Assembly: GCF_021869535.1 (NCBI RefSeq)
Contig: NW_026262734.1
Coordinates: 101,308,001 to 101,372,000 of the forward strand
Origin: Mytilus californianus
Lineage: Eukaryota
Length of the DNA stretch: 64,000 nucleotides
Direction: 5' to 3'
Shown one piece after another: positions 52,260 to 63,656 of this stretch. The notes below the pieces were generated by a model that ran no database searches, was not told the DNA's origin, and worked only from the letters and a program-made list of their open reading frames with translations. Position 1 is the stretch's first letter; each line of letters starts with the position of its first letter. The translations under genes were made by a program, and so were the position numbers.

Positions 52260-52556
52260 GGGAGCTACCATTTGATTTCTATGGGGGGGGGGGGGGGGGG
52301 ATGGCTAGGATGAAATTTGAAAAAAATAGGCAGGACAGGAGTTTTGAGTAAAAAAAAAGGCAGGATGAGCAACTTGGTAAAAAAAAAAAGGCAGGATGAC
52401 AATTTGTGTAAAAAAATTCAGAATAAACTAGTAAAAAAAAAGGCAGGACCGAATAGAGTAAAAAATAAAAAGGCAGGACAGAGATTACAACTAAAATAAA
52501 AAGCAGTACAACATTTTTCATCCTAGCCCCCCCATAAAAATCAAATGGTAGCTCCC
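52260..52556. mobile_element. 297-bp PIF/Harbinger-type MITE
   Basis: TAA|gggagctaccatttgattt ... aaatcaaatggtagctccc|TAA; internal aaaaggcagga repeats. Confidence 0.85.
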
Positions 52557-52961
52557 TAATCTTTCATGCAGTTTCAAATCAGGCTTTTTAACTTGATAAG
52601 AAATTTCTTTAGGAAATTTAAAAACTGAAGCCATATAATGGAGAAAAATTCTTTCTTATTTCGACCAAGACATTGTACAATCAAAATTCACAATGAAACC
52701 AATTTATTCAGCATTGCACAACTTAACTGTTTTTTAAGGAAAATGATTTCAAAATTTGAGTAGACGATGGAGGATACGAAAAGTTAACTTTCAAAACATC
52801 TTTGACTCTACCAACATCTTTTCCTGGATGATAAATCCCCTCATAATAGAGGAAATGTGTATACATGTATACGTATTTGGAGCTGGAACTTTAAGGGAGT
52901 GACATGTAGCTTCAAAAGGAAACAGTCATTACAAAACACACGATGTACTTCCAACACTTAC

Positions 52962-53082
52962 TTCTAAAATCGCCAGAGCCATTCCTTCACTATTTGAGCA
53001 GTTTATATATGCCAAACTTTGTTGAATGGCAGAGTGGGCATCTATCAGAGGTAATCCTGGTATAAATATAACTCCTGGAAGA
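52962..53082 (-). CDS. GLT1D1: GLT1D1-like exon with the E-X7-E motif (NCSNSEGMALAILE)
   Basis: ttttcaatag acceptor, GAA|gtaagt donor, 121 nt, phase 2-0. Confidence 0.92.
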
Positions 53083-53289
53083 CTATTGAAAAATAACATA
53101 CAGTATTAAGTCTGACGATCATTAATATTTCTATTAAGTATTCATTAATTTACAGGTCTGAGGTGCAATGTTGTTGTTACAGTAATTACTCGGATGAATG
53201 GTTCTGTGCATCTATGAAGTGGCGGCGGAACATACCTGTACTCTTCCGTTGCAACATGATAAAAGAAGGTTTTTAATGCAGAATAAAAT

Positions 53290-53512
53290 AGACATCATTG
53301 AGATGGGAGCCATCTCTGTGGGCCCCGCTGACCTTGAACTTTGACCTAGGAAGATGTACAAACATTATGACACACCCTCTGGTGTGTCAAGTATAACGTA
53401 TGAAATTATAACGGTTCTCTAGATATATAGCGGACACAATTTGTTACGGACGGACGGACGGATAGACTGGTCACTATAGGGCGACCCGCCACTAGGCGGG
53501 GCCCTAATAAGA
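53290..53512 (+). mobile_element. Short HINE-like element
   Basis: gaccttgaactttgacct core, (GACG)n microsatellite, 3' hairpin agggc..cccgcc...ggcggggccct. Confidence 0.55.
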
Positions 53513-53664
53513 GTACACACGGACAGGCAGACCCTTAAAAACTTTATACTTTGGTACGAAATTATGTAGAAAAATATTCTGATAATAAAGTATTGATAAA
53601 ATCTTTAGATAGAAGTCATAATAAAAAAAATCATTCCATAATCCTGGTATGATAGAATCGAGTC

Positions 53665-53950
53665 TTAACCCAGCCGCATTGTTGCGCCTGTGCCAAGTCA
53701 GGAGCCTCTGGCCTTTGTTAGTCTTGTATGTTTTTTTAATTTTGGGTCATTTATATGTTTCGGAGTTTAGTGTGACGTTCATTTTCACTGAACTAGTACA
53801 CATTTTTGTTTAGGGGCCATCTGAAGCCCGCCTACGAGTGCGGGATTTTCTCGCTGTGTTGAAGACCCATTGGTGGCCTTGTGCTGTTTTCTGCTCTTTA
53901 GTCGGGTTGTTGTCTCTTTGACACATTCCCTGTTTCCATTCTTAATTTTA
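53665..53950 (-). mobile_element. Interspersed repeat; partial copies at 25708-25810(+) and 21230-21295(-)
   Basis: gttgaagacccattggtggcc...ctgctctttagtcgggttgttgtctctttgacacattccc shared. Confidence 0.7.
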
Positions 53951-54361
53951 TTCTAAAACTTGATAGTGTGTGAAGAAAAATGCATATATAATGTAAAGCC
54001 CTTCAATGATGTGCACCGTAATCGTCTAAATCTTTGTATCATTTCTGTATTTCATAGTGCAATTGTCGGGCATTTGATGGCAATGTTTGATAGATTTCTT
54101 TACCCGATATAATTCATAATTTGTTGATATTAACTCGCAGCTGTGCACATATGTATAACGTGATGGACATCTAGCAAATGATTCTTACAGTGAGATGAGG
54201 GGTTTTGTTTCATGTTGAAGGACTCACTGTGACTGTATTACATGAAGAATATAAAACCGCCGTTCCTCTGTTTTAAGTTTGTATTTACAAGTACATGTTG
54301 TTATTTTGTGTATTGAAATGATAAAAAAATCCTTTCTTTCTATATAGTTAACATAAATTAC

Positions 54362-54405
54362 CTATCAATTTTCGTTCTGAACAACTTTCCATATTCTTCA
54401 TCAAC
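54362..54405 (-). CDS. GLT1D1: GLT1D1-like micro-exon (VDEEYGKLFRTKID)
   Basis: tctaaccag acceptor, AG|gtaatt donor, 44 nt, phase 0-2. Confidence 0.8.
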
Positions 54406-55872
54406 CTGGTTAGATTAAAAGGTAAATATCAGCTTTCGTAATATTTTGCTGTAAATAAACTCATCATAGATACCAGGTTAAAAATCGTATTTCGTCTACT
54501 AAAGACTCATCAGTGACGCTCGAATCCAAAAAGTTAAAAAGGCCAAATACGTAAAGTACGAAGTTTAAGATCATTGAGGACCCAAAATTCCGAAAGGTTT
54601 TGCCAAATACAGGTATGGTAATATATTCCTTGCATAGAAAACCTTAGTTTTCCGAAAAATTTAAAGTTTTATAAACAGTTAATTTATAATTATGACCATA
54701 TCAATGATAATTCATGTCAACACGGAATTAGTGACTTCTGGGCTGCAAAATATCCTTTGAATTTTTAACTAGTCAAATCTAGAGACATGTTTTTGGTAAA
54801 TCTAATTCTATCAAACGGTTATCATCAGAGACATACATACATAAATATGTATATATAAATAAGAAGATGTGGTATGAGTGCCAATGAGACAGCTATCCAT
54901 CCAAGTCACAATGTGTAAAAAGTAAATAATTATAGGTCAAAGTACGGTATACATGTCTCTGTTATCATAATGGTATAAAATGATAAAACAGAAAGACGAG
55001 AGTGTCATATACTGGTGCACTTGAACCTGCAGACTATTATTATTTATCATGCTATAAGTGCAATCGATCTTAATTTGGTTTTTAGGACATTCCACATGCG
55101 CTTAATATGGTTGGCTGATGGACATCATTATTCTATGTACGAAAATCGACAAATATTAACAAGAAACCTCCCTGTCCGATATTGTGATTTTTTTATAATT
55201 CATTCAAGCAGAACAGTGAAACAAACAAACAAATCAACTAGATTTGGGCTTATTTCCATATACAAGAAACAGGTCAAATGCTAATGAAGAACAACTGTCT
55301 AAAACAGACAGATGTCAAGCACCAAGAGATGACGAAAGTTCATCTTAAAAGATCAAAAGAACTACTACGATTTTTCCATCATGGTAAATCAACCAACATA
55401 TTCGTAAGAGATCTTAAGAGAACCAATTTTTGAAGAGCTTAGGTAAAATGGTATAATTTCAACTGAAAGACATTGAAAGAACTAATGTCTCGTTTAAGAT
55501 TTCAGTTCTGTGTATAAAAAGAGTCTTTATATTTTGTCAGAATAAAGGAGAGAGAAGATACAAGGGAGACAATAAAACCATAAGCCGAACAAACACACAC
55601 ACATTTATGTTCAAATGAAAAACGACGAAATGACCAGCACTACAAAGAAAACTATATATTGAAAAGTAAAATCACAAAAATACTGAACTCCGAGGAAAAT
55701 TCAAAAAGGAAAGTCCCCAATAAAATGGCAAAATCAAAAGTTTAAACACATCAAACGAATGGATAACAACTGTCATATTTCTGACTTGGTACAGGCATTT
55801 TCTTATGTAGAAAATGGTGGATTGAACCTGGTTTTAAAGCTAGCTAAACCTCTCACTTGTATTGAGCAACAC

Positions 55873-55980
55873 TCAGCTGAGAATTAATAAAATAGTCTGG
55901 GGTTAAGAGTGTAATAGAAAGCATCTTTTACTTGTAATTTTTTTGATCATTTAAACAATAAATCTTACCACTTGTCCACA
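55873..55980 (+). repeat. 108-bp near-identical duplicate of 56317-56424, including a GLT1D1 5' splice site
   Basis: Direct repeat at offset 444 with about 2 mismatches. Confidence 0.95.
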
Positions 55981-56214
55981 ACTCCACCGAAAGCCAGAAG
56001 AGTTCCTTTTCCACCAGTTTCAGTGGTCGTGTGGCTCATGGCAAGTAAATATTTATCATTTATGATTTATCATTTGGTGGTGTCACAATCGAAGGAAAGA
56101 AGACATGATTGTGGCTTTGACAATTGAAACATGTCCGTGGTTATATGTGACACAAATATTACATAAAGATAAAAAAAAAGTGTCTCCCACTGATTTTTAG
56201 AAGCTACACGACAG

Positions 56215-56249
56215 CAAGGATTTGTATAGTCTCACTATACAAATCCTTA
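56215..56249. mobile_element. 35-bp hairpin micro-element with 7-bp TSD
   Basis: acgacag|c-aaggatttgtatagt-ctc-actatacaaatcctt-a|acgacag; perfect 15-bp stem. Confidence 0.7.
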
Positions 56250-56412
56250 ACGACAGTAATTTTTCATCCAGCAGACCATAACACACAATGAACTATTATT
56301 ACCATTTTTAAAATTGTCAGCTGAGAATTAATAAAATAGTCTGGGGTTAAGAGTGTAATAAAAAGCATCTTTTACTTGTAAATTTTTTGATCATTTAAAC
56401 AATAAATCTTAC

Positions 56413-56462
56413 CACTTGTCCACAAATAACATAAATGATATTTTGTCGTCTCTCGTGTAACT
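56413..56462 (-). CDS. GLT1D1: GLT1D1-like micro-exon (KLHERRQNIIYVICGQV)
   Basis: ttctttttag acceptor, GTG|gtaaga donor, 50 nt, phase 1-0. Confidence 0.8.
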
Positions 56463-57022
56463 CTAAAAAGAAAATTACATTATGTTATTCAAATTGGCAA
56501 ACTGTATAAAATCAAACAATAGTAAAGTGATTAGTATAAACCTGCTGCATTTTTATGCACCTGTCCTAAGTCAGGAGCTTGTTGTTCAGTGGTTGTCGTT
56601 TGTTGGTGTGGTTCATAGGTGTTTCTCGTTTCTCGTTTTTTATATAGATTAAACCGTTGGTTTCCTGTTTGAATTGTTTTACACTAGTCATTTTGAAGCC
56701 CTTTATAGCTTGCTGTTCGGTGTGAGCCAAGGCTCCGTGTTGAAGGCCGTACTTTGACCTATATTTGTTAACTTTTTATACATTGTGACTTGGATGGAGA
56801 GTTGTCTCATTGGCACTCATACCACATCTTCTTATTTATATCCATACAAAAATGTTTGAACTAAAATCTATTTAAATATATAAAAATGCTGCCCTTTTGT
56901 CATTGAAAAAAATGGTCATTACATTCTAAGCATTTATATGTCTTTAATGTGAACTGTCTGTTACAATCTATATCAAACTTGAATGGGTGTTCTTAATGCA
57001 ATTGGAAAAAAAAACAACTTAC

Positions 57023-57172
57023 TTGAAAATTCTTCCACTAGATACAAAGGATTCTTTACAGGTCGAATACTCCCGACACATATACATATTGACATGTCAG
57101 TTGTATAAACGTCCGAGTGGTGCTGGTGTATATAGCCAGCCAATGAAAACTTGGACGGACATGTTTGTACTC
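57023..57172 (-). CDS. GLT1D1: GLT1D1-like exon (GVQTCPSKF...GSIRPVKNPLYLVEEFS)
   Basis: gtattttag acceptor, TCAA|gtaagt donor, 150 nt, phase 1-1; resembles GLRQVKDPLYLVDAFS. Confidence 0.9.
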
Positions 57173-57240
57173 CTAAAATACATTCATACATGAAAAAATT
57201 ACATACACAGGTTTTATGTTTATATTGAATATACACCAAC

Positions 57241-57490
57241 GGGATCGATTCCCGGCCAGGTCAAAAGAGAGACTTCGTTAAAAATTTGGCATTCAGAAGC
57301 AATAAAAAGAATGGGTTGACTTGGAAGCAGAACAATGGTTCGGATAGGGTGACACATTTTCCTGCTGATGGTTATATTGTTAAATATCGGCCAAGCGTGT
57401 TGGTCTTGTACTTAGCGGAATTCATATCACATTAACATTTTATTTACGTCCTGATATGCATCTACTATTTGCCGCTGAACGTTAGACAGT
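57241..57490 (+). mobile_element. Degenerate tRNA-derived SINE
   Basis: Box-B-like gggatcgattccc, aagcgtgttggtct..tac core, tttgccgctgaacgtta tail; related tails at 30415-30470, 43235-43300, 49830-49860, 51495-51560. Confidence 0.5.
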
Positions 57491-57828
57491 AATAGTATTA
57501 CAGTTACTGTAATACATCATCATCATCATACTTTTTATTGAAATAAAACCATTATAACGATATGAAATAAAAATATTTGCAGTCTATGTACAAAAAACAG
57601 GAAGGTAATTTTTCTCTATTCTTTATATTTTTTGCCCATTATTCCCTATTCTTTATATTTTAGCACCCCATTATTCTCTATTCTTTATTTTTTCTCCCCT
57701 ATTTTTCTCTATTCTTTATGTATTTTGCCATTTATTCTTCATATTTTGTCCTTATTCTCTATCCTGTATACCCCATCCAGACCCTCATATATATATGTAC
57801 TGGATATTTCTTTAGGCTGAGGCATTAC

Positions 57829-57868
57829 CTTGTTTAATTTCAAATATCTTGTTCTGTGGCATTTCCGG
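57829..57868 (-). CDS. GLT1D1: GLT1D1-like micro-exon (PEMPQNKIFEIKQ)
   Basis: ttttttgtag acceptor, CAAG|gtaatg donor, 40 nt, phase 0-1. Confidence 0.8.
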
Positions 57869-58198
57869 CTACAAAAAAAAATATTCAAAATTGTATGTGA
57901 TAAAATCCATTTAGGATTGATAATGCTTTATCTTTTTTTTTGTCCAACTGCATTTCCGACTTCAGTATTTGTTTTTTTTTTTAAATTTCAATTAAATCAA
58001 AACCACATATTATATCAAAACTGACTTTCAACTATGTGTTAAGCATTTTTTTTTTAAATTGGGCATACAAATATTTAATTTTCAAAGTGAAAATGTAAAG
58101 AAAATGCTATCAGATCAGAAGTACATACAAAACTAATGAGTGTCCATGAAATTAATGAAAAATGTACTATAGAGATTTATGATAAACAGTTAAGTTAC

Positions 58199-58250
58199 CC
58201 ATAGCTCTTGTACTTTCTGCCGAAGACCGTTGCTAAAAACTATGATTTTC
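58199..58250 (-). CDS. GLT1D1: GLT1D1-like micro-exon (RKIIVFSNGLRQKVQELW)
   Basis: cttttttccag acceptor, TGG|gtaact donor, 52 nt, phase 2-0. Confidence 0.82.
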
Positions 58251-58621
58251 CTGGAAAAAAAGAAGGAAAGAAGTTGAATAACTTAATAAACAAATAATCT
58301 TTAAATCATAACAGATTTTTATGCACGGAAACAAAACAGAATTCAGTTCATTTTCCGTGTATGCACTTATACTTATAGTTTCAATGTTAGAAGTCAATGG
58401 AATGTTTAATATGAACAATAAACAAGCTGTCTAAAATAATATTGTTGCTTTGTAACAACTAATAAATAAAACATACTTCCTAGACTAAAACGGTTTTCGA
58501 TAATGTTTGGTTTTAAAACCTTCCACATTTTGTTGTCGTACAAAATGTTCAGGATCATTTACAAATAATAAATAACAGAGGAGACATATTTCCACCTTGC
58601 CTTCAATTAAGATGCACAAAC

Positions 58622-58727
58622 CTGGAAGATACAACTGATTGTGTCATTACAGTCATTTTTTCTTGATTTCTGTAATCTTCATTTACATCTGTTCCACCAA
58701 TTATCAATATGTAATTCATTTTTGAAT
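58622..58727 (-). CDS. GLT1D1: GLT1D1-like exon (DSKMNYILIIGGTDVNEDYRNQEKMTVM)
   Basis: ttttattcag acceptor, CCAG|gtttgt donor, 106 nt, phase 1-2; GGTDVNED signature. Confidence 0.92.
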
Positions 58728-58966
58728 CTGAATAAAAAGTTAAATGGCTCATTTCAAATTCCAAACTAAACCGCTAGTAATAAAAACTTGTATTTTGCAG
58801 ATTATTTGGTATATGTTTTTTTGTCAATAGAAACATTTAAAAATTAAATTTTATCTGCATTTAACTTTGTTGACAACAAGGCTCAAATTCTTTACACAGA
58901 TATTGTCAAAATACACAATGCAATGTATTATATTGATTGTTGTTTGCTTAATCATCGACCTCCAAA

Positions 58967-59055
58967 CACAGGCACTTGTCTCAGAAAAAAATTCTTTATA
59001 CCTTATGTTATATTAAGGTATATAGGAAAACAAATTTCTGAGACAAGTGCCTGTG
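58967..59055. mobile_element. 89-bp mini-MITE with perfect 21-bp TIRs and perfect 8-bp TSD
   Basis: cctccaaa|cacaggcacttgtctcagaaa ... tttctgagacaagtgcctgtg|cctccaaa. Confidence 0.92.
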
Positions 59056-59960
59056 CCTCCAAATATAGGAATGTCAAAATCTTATGATTTGATTACGGAA
59101 ATCCCAAAACTGTGTGGATCAAAAACAAAATAGAAAGCGCACAATGGCATTATATGATTTGGATTCTAAGAAAGTTTCAATAAGTTATAATAAGGAGTTT
59201 AGGAGGAGTCACGAGTACAAAGATGGTACCCACAGGTGAAGCAACGGCAAAGTCCGCGAATTTGTATAGGGAACCCCCAAAATACTTCGAAAACAAAAAA
59301 TAGACGAACAATAGCTTTATACAAGTGAAGATTCTGAAAAAAAGTTTCATTTAATTTTGATTAGGGGTTTAGTATGAGAAGCGGATACAAATAAGTACTA
59401 TAGTGTCAGGATATGCCAAGTCCATGCTACGGCAAAGTAAACCACTAAATTATTGAGATGGAAATAGGAGGCGCAAAAATACATCATGTAAGTAAGATTT
59501 TGTAAAAGATTCGAAAAATTATGTCAAGCGTTTCTGGAGCTTTGCGAAAACAAAAAAGGACGGACGGACAAAGGAGGAACGAACACCAACACATCACTAT
59601 TTACCTCCACTTACAGAAAGCCGGGGTACAATAAAAAGTCAAATGATTGAATAGACCTTATCGCTATTTTTGAATCTGCGACACTTGACCCGAGAATCTG
59701 AAACACTTGAACTATTGACGTCATACAACAATCACTTTCCTTTGTGGCGTCAGAAATTTTCTATTGTGACATCTAAATTTTACGTGTACCTTCGTGATGT
59801 CAAATAATAGCGTACAAATAGCGATAATGTGAGAGACAATTTTCCATCAAAGACTAAAAGATAAGGATGGAAATAACTACAGATCACCGTATGACCTTCA
59901 ACATGGGCAAAATACCTTGTAGTAAGCTATAAAAGGTATGGAGAAAACAATGCGAAACAA

Positions 59961-61054
59961 CCTGTACGAACTGTGACGCCCGTATATGACACGGAAACCA
60001 GGCGTAAAAATCATACTTTATCTAGGCGTCATTGCAGTGTTTAAGGAATGCATGTCCAGGCGTCAACCAGGCGGAAACCAAGCGTAACTGAGGCGGAAAC
60101 CAGGCGTAAAATTAGGCGTAATATTTAAATGAGTACGCCTGGTCCAGAGAAAACCAGGCGTAATATGCAAATGAGTACGCCTGGTCAATAAATACACCAG
60201 GCGTAATATCCTTACATAATACTACACTTATTTCAAATCAGTGTATTACCCTAGCTGTGTACTTTTGTGTATTTAATACAAACTTCTGTACTGTTGCTTT
60301 AATTTCTCATTATTTGACATAAAACTGGAAATATTAACCATTGAAGAAGCTAATATATAAATAAATACATTTTAGACAGACACTGGCTCAAATAAGTTTA
60401 AGTTTAAATAAGAATTATGACAATTAATTTTTCTTGAAATAAAACTTCTGCATTTTGATTAACTAAGTTTTTTATAAATTAATGTCCTTTAAAATATAAA
60501 TGATAATACTGCAATTTAACTTCATGTAAAAGATTTTAATGTTATTATCCAAGGATAAAGGTTTTGGGATTTCAAAATTACTGTTAGAACTTAAAACTTA
60601 ATAACTTGGGTAATATACTCACATAATTATTATTTACCATGTATTACTTTCCATTTTTTCACAATTTTTATTAATCAATTTGATTCCATATTTCCAAATT
60701 CTTCCAAAAAGCACAAAACAAGCTAATTATCCCTGAATGTATGAAGCTGCATTAAGTCCAACTCTTGCAAACTAAAACCAAAGAGCCAAATTTTGAAAAA
60801 AAATTCCCATGATCCTTTAAACAAAGCATTATGGGTATTATGATTTACCCCATACCAACAGTTTTACGCCCGTAAGAAAATTTACGCCTTGCTTATTTCA
60901 ATTTACGCCAGGTTTACCACTTTTTTCTACGCCCGTAAGGACTACAAATTTACGTTTCCTGCTCCCTTACGCCTGGATCTAGACACGTAACTACCACTTA
61001 CGCCTGGTTTACGCCTTATTTCCAGGCGTAATACGCCTTATAATTTCATACGGG
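59961..61054. mobile_element. 1094-bp CACTA/EnSpm-like non-autonomous element
   Basis: AA|cctgtacgaa ... ttcatacggg|AA; many ccaggcgtaa motifs at the left end and inverted ttacgcc(tgg) motifs at the right; splits an older repeat. Confidence 0.7.
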
Positions 61055-61418
61055 AACAAAAAAAAGAAAAACCAATGGCTTGATTTTTAAATAACATTAA
61101 AGGAAAACAAAATACAGAAAGTAGAGTTTTGAGTTTATTTAGATCCTTACTACCATACTAGGAAAGTTGATTTTGGAGCGTTATATAGGAAAACAACGGA
61201 ACAACAGAAACACTGAACTGCTACAAAAACAAACGCCAACATACATACATAGAAACGGACTTGTTTTCCATCCTTAAGTTATGTATCTGTAGTTGATAAC
61301 TTACAATTTCCAAGACTAACATCCGATATTGTGTTGTATTATTAAATAAGTGTGCGACAATGAATAAAGAGCATATTATTTACTGTATATTACTGCAACA
61401 GTTCAAATATATACTCAC

Positions 61419-61567
61419 CTTGAAGCAACTTGCCAGAGCGAAATGCATGAAGCCCTATAATTAATTTAATGCTGTTTGCTTTCACATAGCTCTTCAAATC
61501 GCCTTCATCGTTAAACTCTTCTGGTGACGTCAGAGTGCATTTATAGTCCACATCCGACAAATATGTT
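61419..61567 (-). CDS. GLT1D1: GLT1D1-like, most 5' exon found (TYLSD...IIGLHAFRSGKLLQ)
   Basis: attattgcag acceptor, CAAG|gtgagt donor, 149 nt, phase 2-1; resembles ALALHLYRGGRLLQG. Confidence 0.9.
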
Positions 61568-62519
61568 CTGCAATAATATAATAGAGTGTTAGTATAATCG
61601 ACAGGAGACAAATACGAGCAGCTAGATATCAGAATATAAATAATTTAAAGCGTGATTCAAGCAAACTCACATCCTTCAAATAGCTAACAGTGTGCATTAT
61701 TTTCGATTGACAATTTTTTCTACTTGTTAATACGGTCTGCAATAAACAGATCTATACAAATGTACATTCTACAAGATAACATAACGCAACATAAGTCTGC
61801 ATCAGACATCAAAGTTTAAATATTATCTGAATGATATGTATAATTACATTATTAAGAAACTGAACATTGACAGATTTAAAAAAATGAAAACAACTCTTTA
61901 TAAAAGTCATGCTTCCGAAGCGCTTTCCTGGGTTTACATTCATCAGGAACGCTCAAAACCGAATATTTAAAGCCAAGAATGTATAAGAAGGGAAACAGTT
62001 GAAGAGATATATATGCATGTATGTATATGACCAAAAAGGACATAAAAATAATAACCAATATAAAAATAAGATGATGTAGTATGATTGACAATGAGACAAC
62101 TCTCCACAAGAGACCAAACAACTATAGGTTACCGTACGGCCTTCAAAACTGAGTAAAACCCATACCGCATAGTCAGCTATAAAAGACCCCGAAATGACAA
62201 ATGTAAAAAATTCAAACGAGAAAACTAACGGCCTGATTTATGAACAAAATAATGAACGAAAAACAAATATGATACACAGAAACAGACCACAACCACTGAA
62301 TTACAGGCTTCTGACTTGGGACAGGCACATACAGAATGTGGCGGGGTTAAACTAGTTTGAAGGCGCTAACCCTCCCACTAACCTGGGACAGTGGTGTAAC
62401 AGTACAACATAAGAACAAACCATAAAAATCTGTTGAAAAGGGCTTAGCTCATCAGATAGATACAAAGAAGACATATGAGGCCAACTTAACTTTTTTAAAA
62501 ACGTCAAAATGTATCAATA

Positions 62520-62660
62520 CCCTACATTGAGCCAATAGAGTAACATTGACTTCCGTCTGGGCTGTACCAAACACCAGCAGTACCAGATAAAATTTAGTAT
62601 TGTAAGGTAGATCGGGGATTTTTCACCATCTAGATGCGGAAAAATAGCAGAAAACAATAT
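62520..62660. promoter_or_regulatory. Possible promoter-like patch (CCAAT at 62532, ETS-type ACTTCCG at 62549)
   Basis: Two short motifs in a unique island between repeats; weak, could be chance. Confidence 0.15.
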
Positions 62661-62791
62661 GTACAGATCTAATTTCTTTAATGAAGTATGGAAATTTTGA
62701 GAAAGGAATGAAATTCATTTGAAAGTTTGTTTATCTTCATATTGTCTTAATGTTGTGACTTTTTTCAAATACAGATTCTTTTTATCTTATT

Positions 62792-63656
62792 CAAAGGAGA
62801 GGGTCCGGTAGACTAATTTTGGCCTAAAATTTCAAGAACATCTGATGGAAGATCAATTAATTTATGTAAAAGATTTAAACTGATGTGGTCAATAAAGACG
62901 CTCAAATTCAAGCTTAAATATTAAGACTGAACACAAGTGCGGCCACTTCCATTTTAGACAAAAACCGTCTAATAATTAGCACAAATGGGTCAATATCCCT
63001 TATGCGTCTCAAATTGAGGAACACAAAAGTTGTGCGTAAACAAAAAATCTCTGTGTAGTGATATTGGACATGTTTCTATTTTTAACAAGTGACTGAGCTT
63101 AACCATTTGTGTTGATTTGAAAAGTAAAGGACCATAAAATAAATGTGTAAAAACTATGCAATTATTAAATGTATGCAAAGTATTAAATTTTCAAAGAACT
63201 TATTGTGTGAAAAAAGGGATTTTTTACCACCAAGAGCCGCATCACAAAAGGATTTTCGGGGTGTGCTAATTTACGGAAAAAAGAATCACACTTCGTACCC
63301 CGAAAATTTAACCACATATGTGAAAATGTTTCAGCTTCGAAATGAGCCATCATGCATATCCAAGTTTACGATATGGACTGTGCTACAGAGGAAAACATTA
63401 CCATTACCGCCTGTGTAAAATCAATTACGCATATTGCCCCAAATGCTAAAATTGTGAGGATTTCAGTAATTTTGAAGAAATTAATGATCCTAGTACCTGG
63501 TGCCTGTGCATTGCATTGTAAAAAAAAACCACCCATATTTATTTAACAAAAGTATTCTTCTTTCCAAAAATAGTTAAAAATTTACATTTTTAACAAATTT
63601 GTAAAAATGCTATATTTTTGGGGCCAAAAAGACGCATTACCGGACTTACTCCTTTG
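62792..63656. mobile_element. About 865-bp TIR DNA element
   Basis: caaaggagagggtccggta / taccggacttactcctttg imperfect TIRs; interior homologous to 27130-27420. Confidence 0.7.

Noticed and set aside
61650-62660. Candidates for GLT1D1 exon 1 (donors near 61670 and 62520)
   Set aside because: Neither gives an open phase-2 frame with an ATG and the GN..T..R motif
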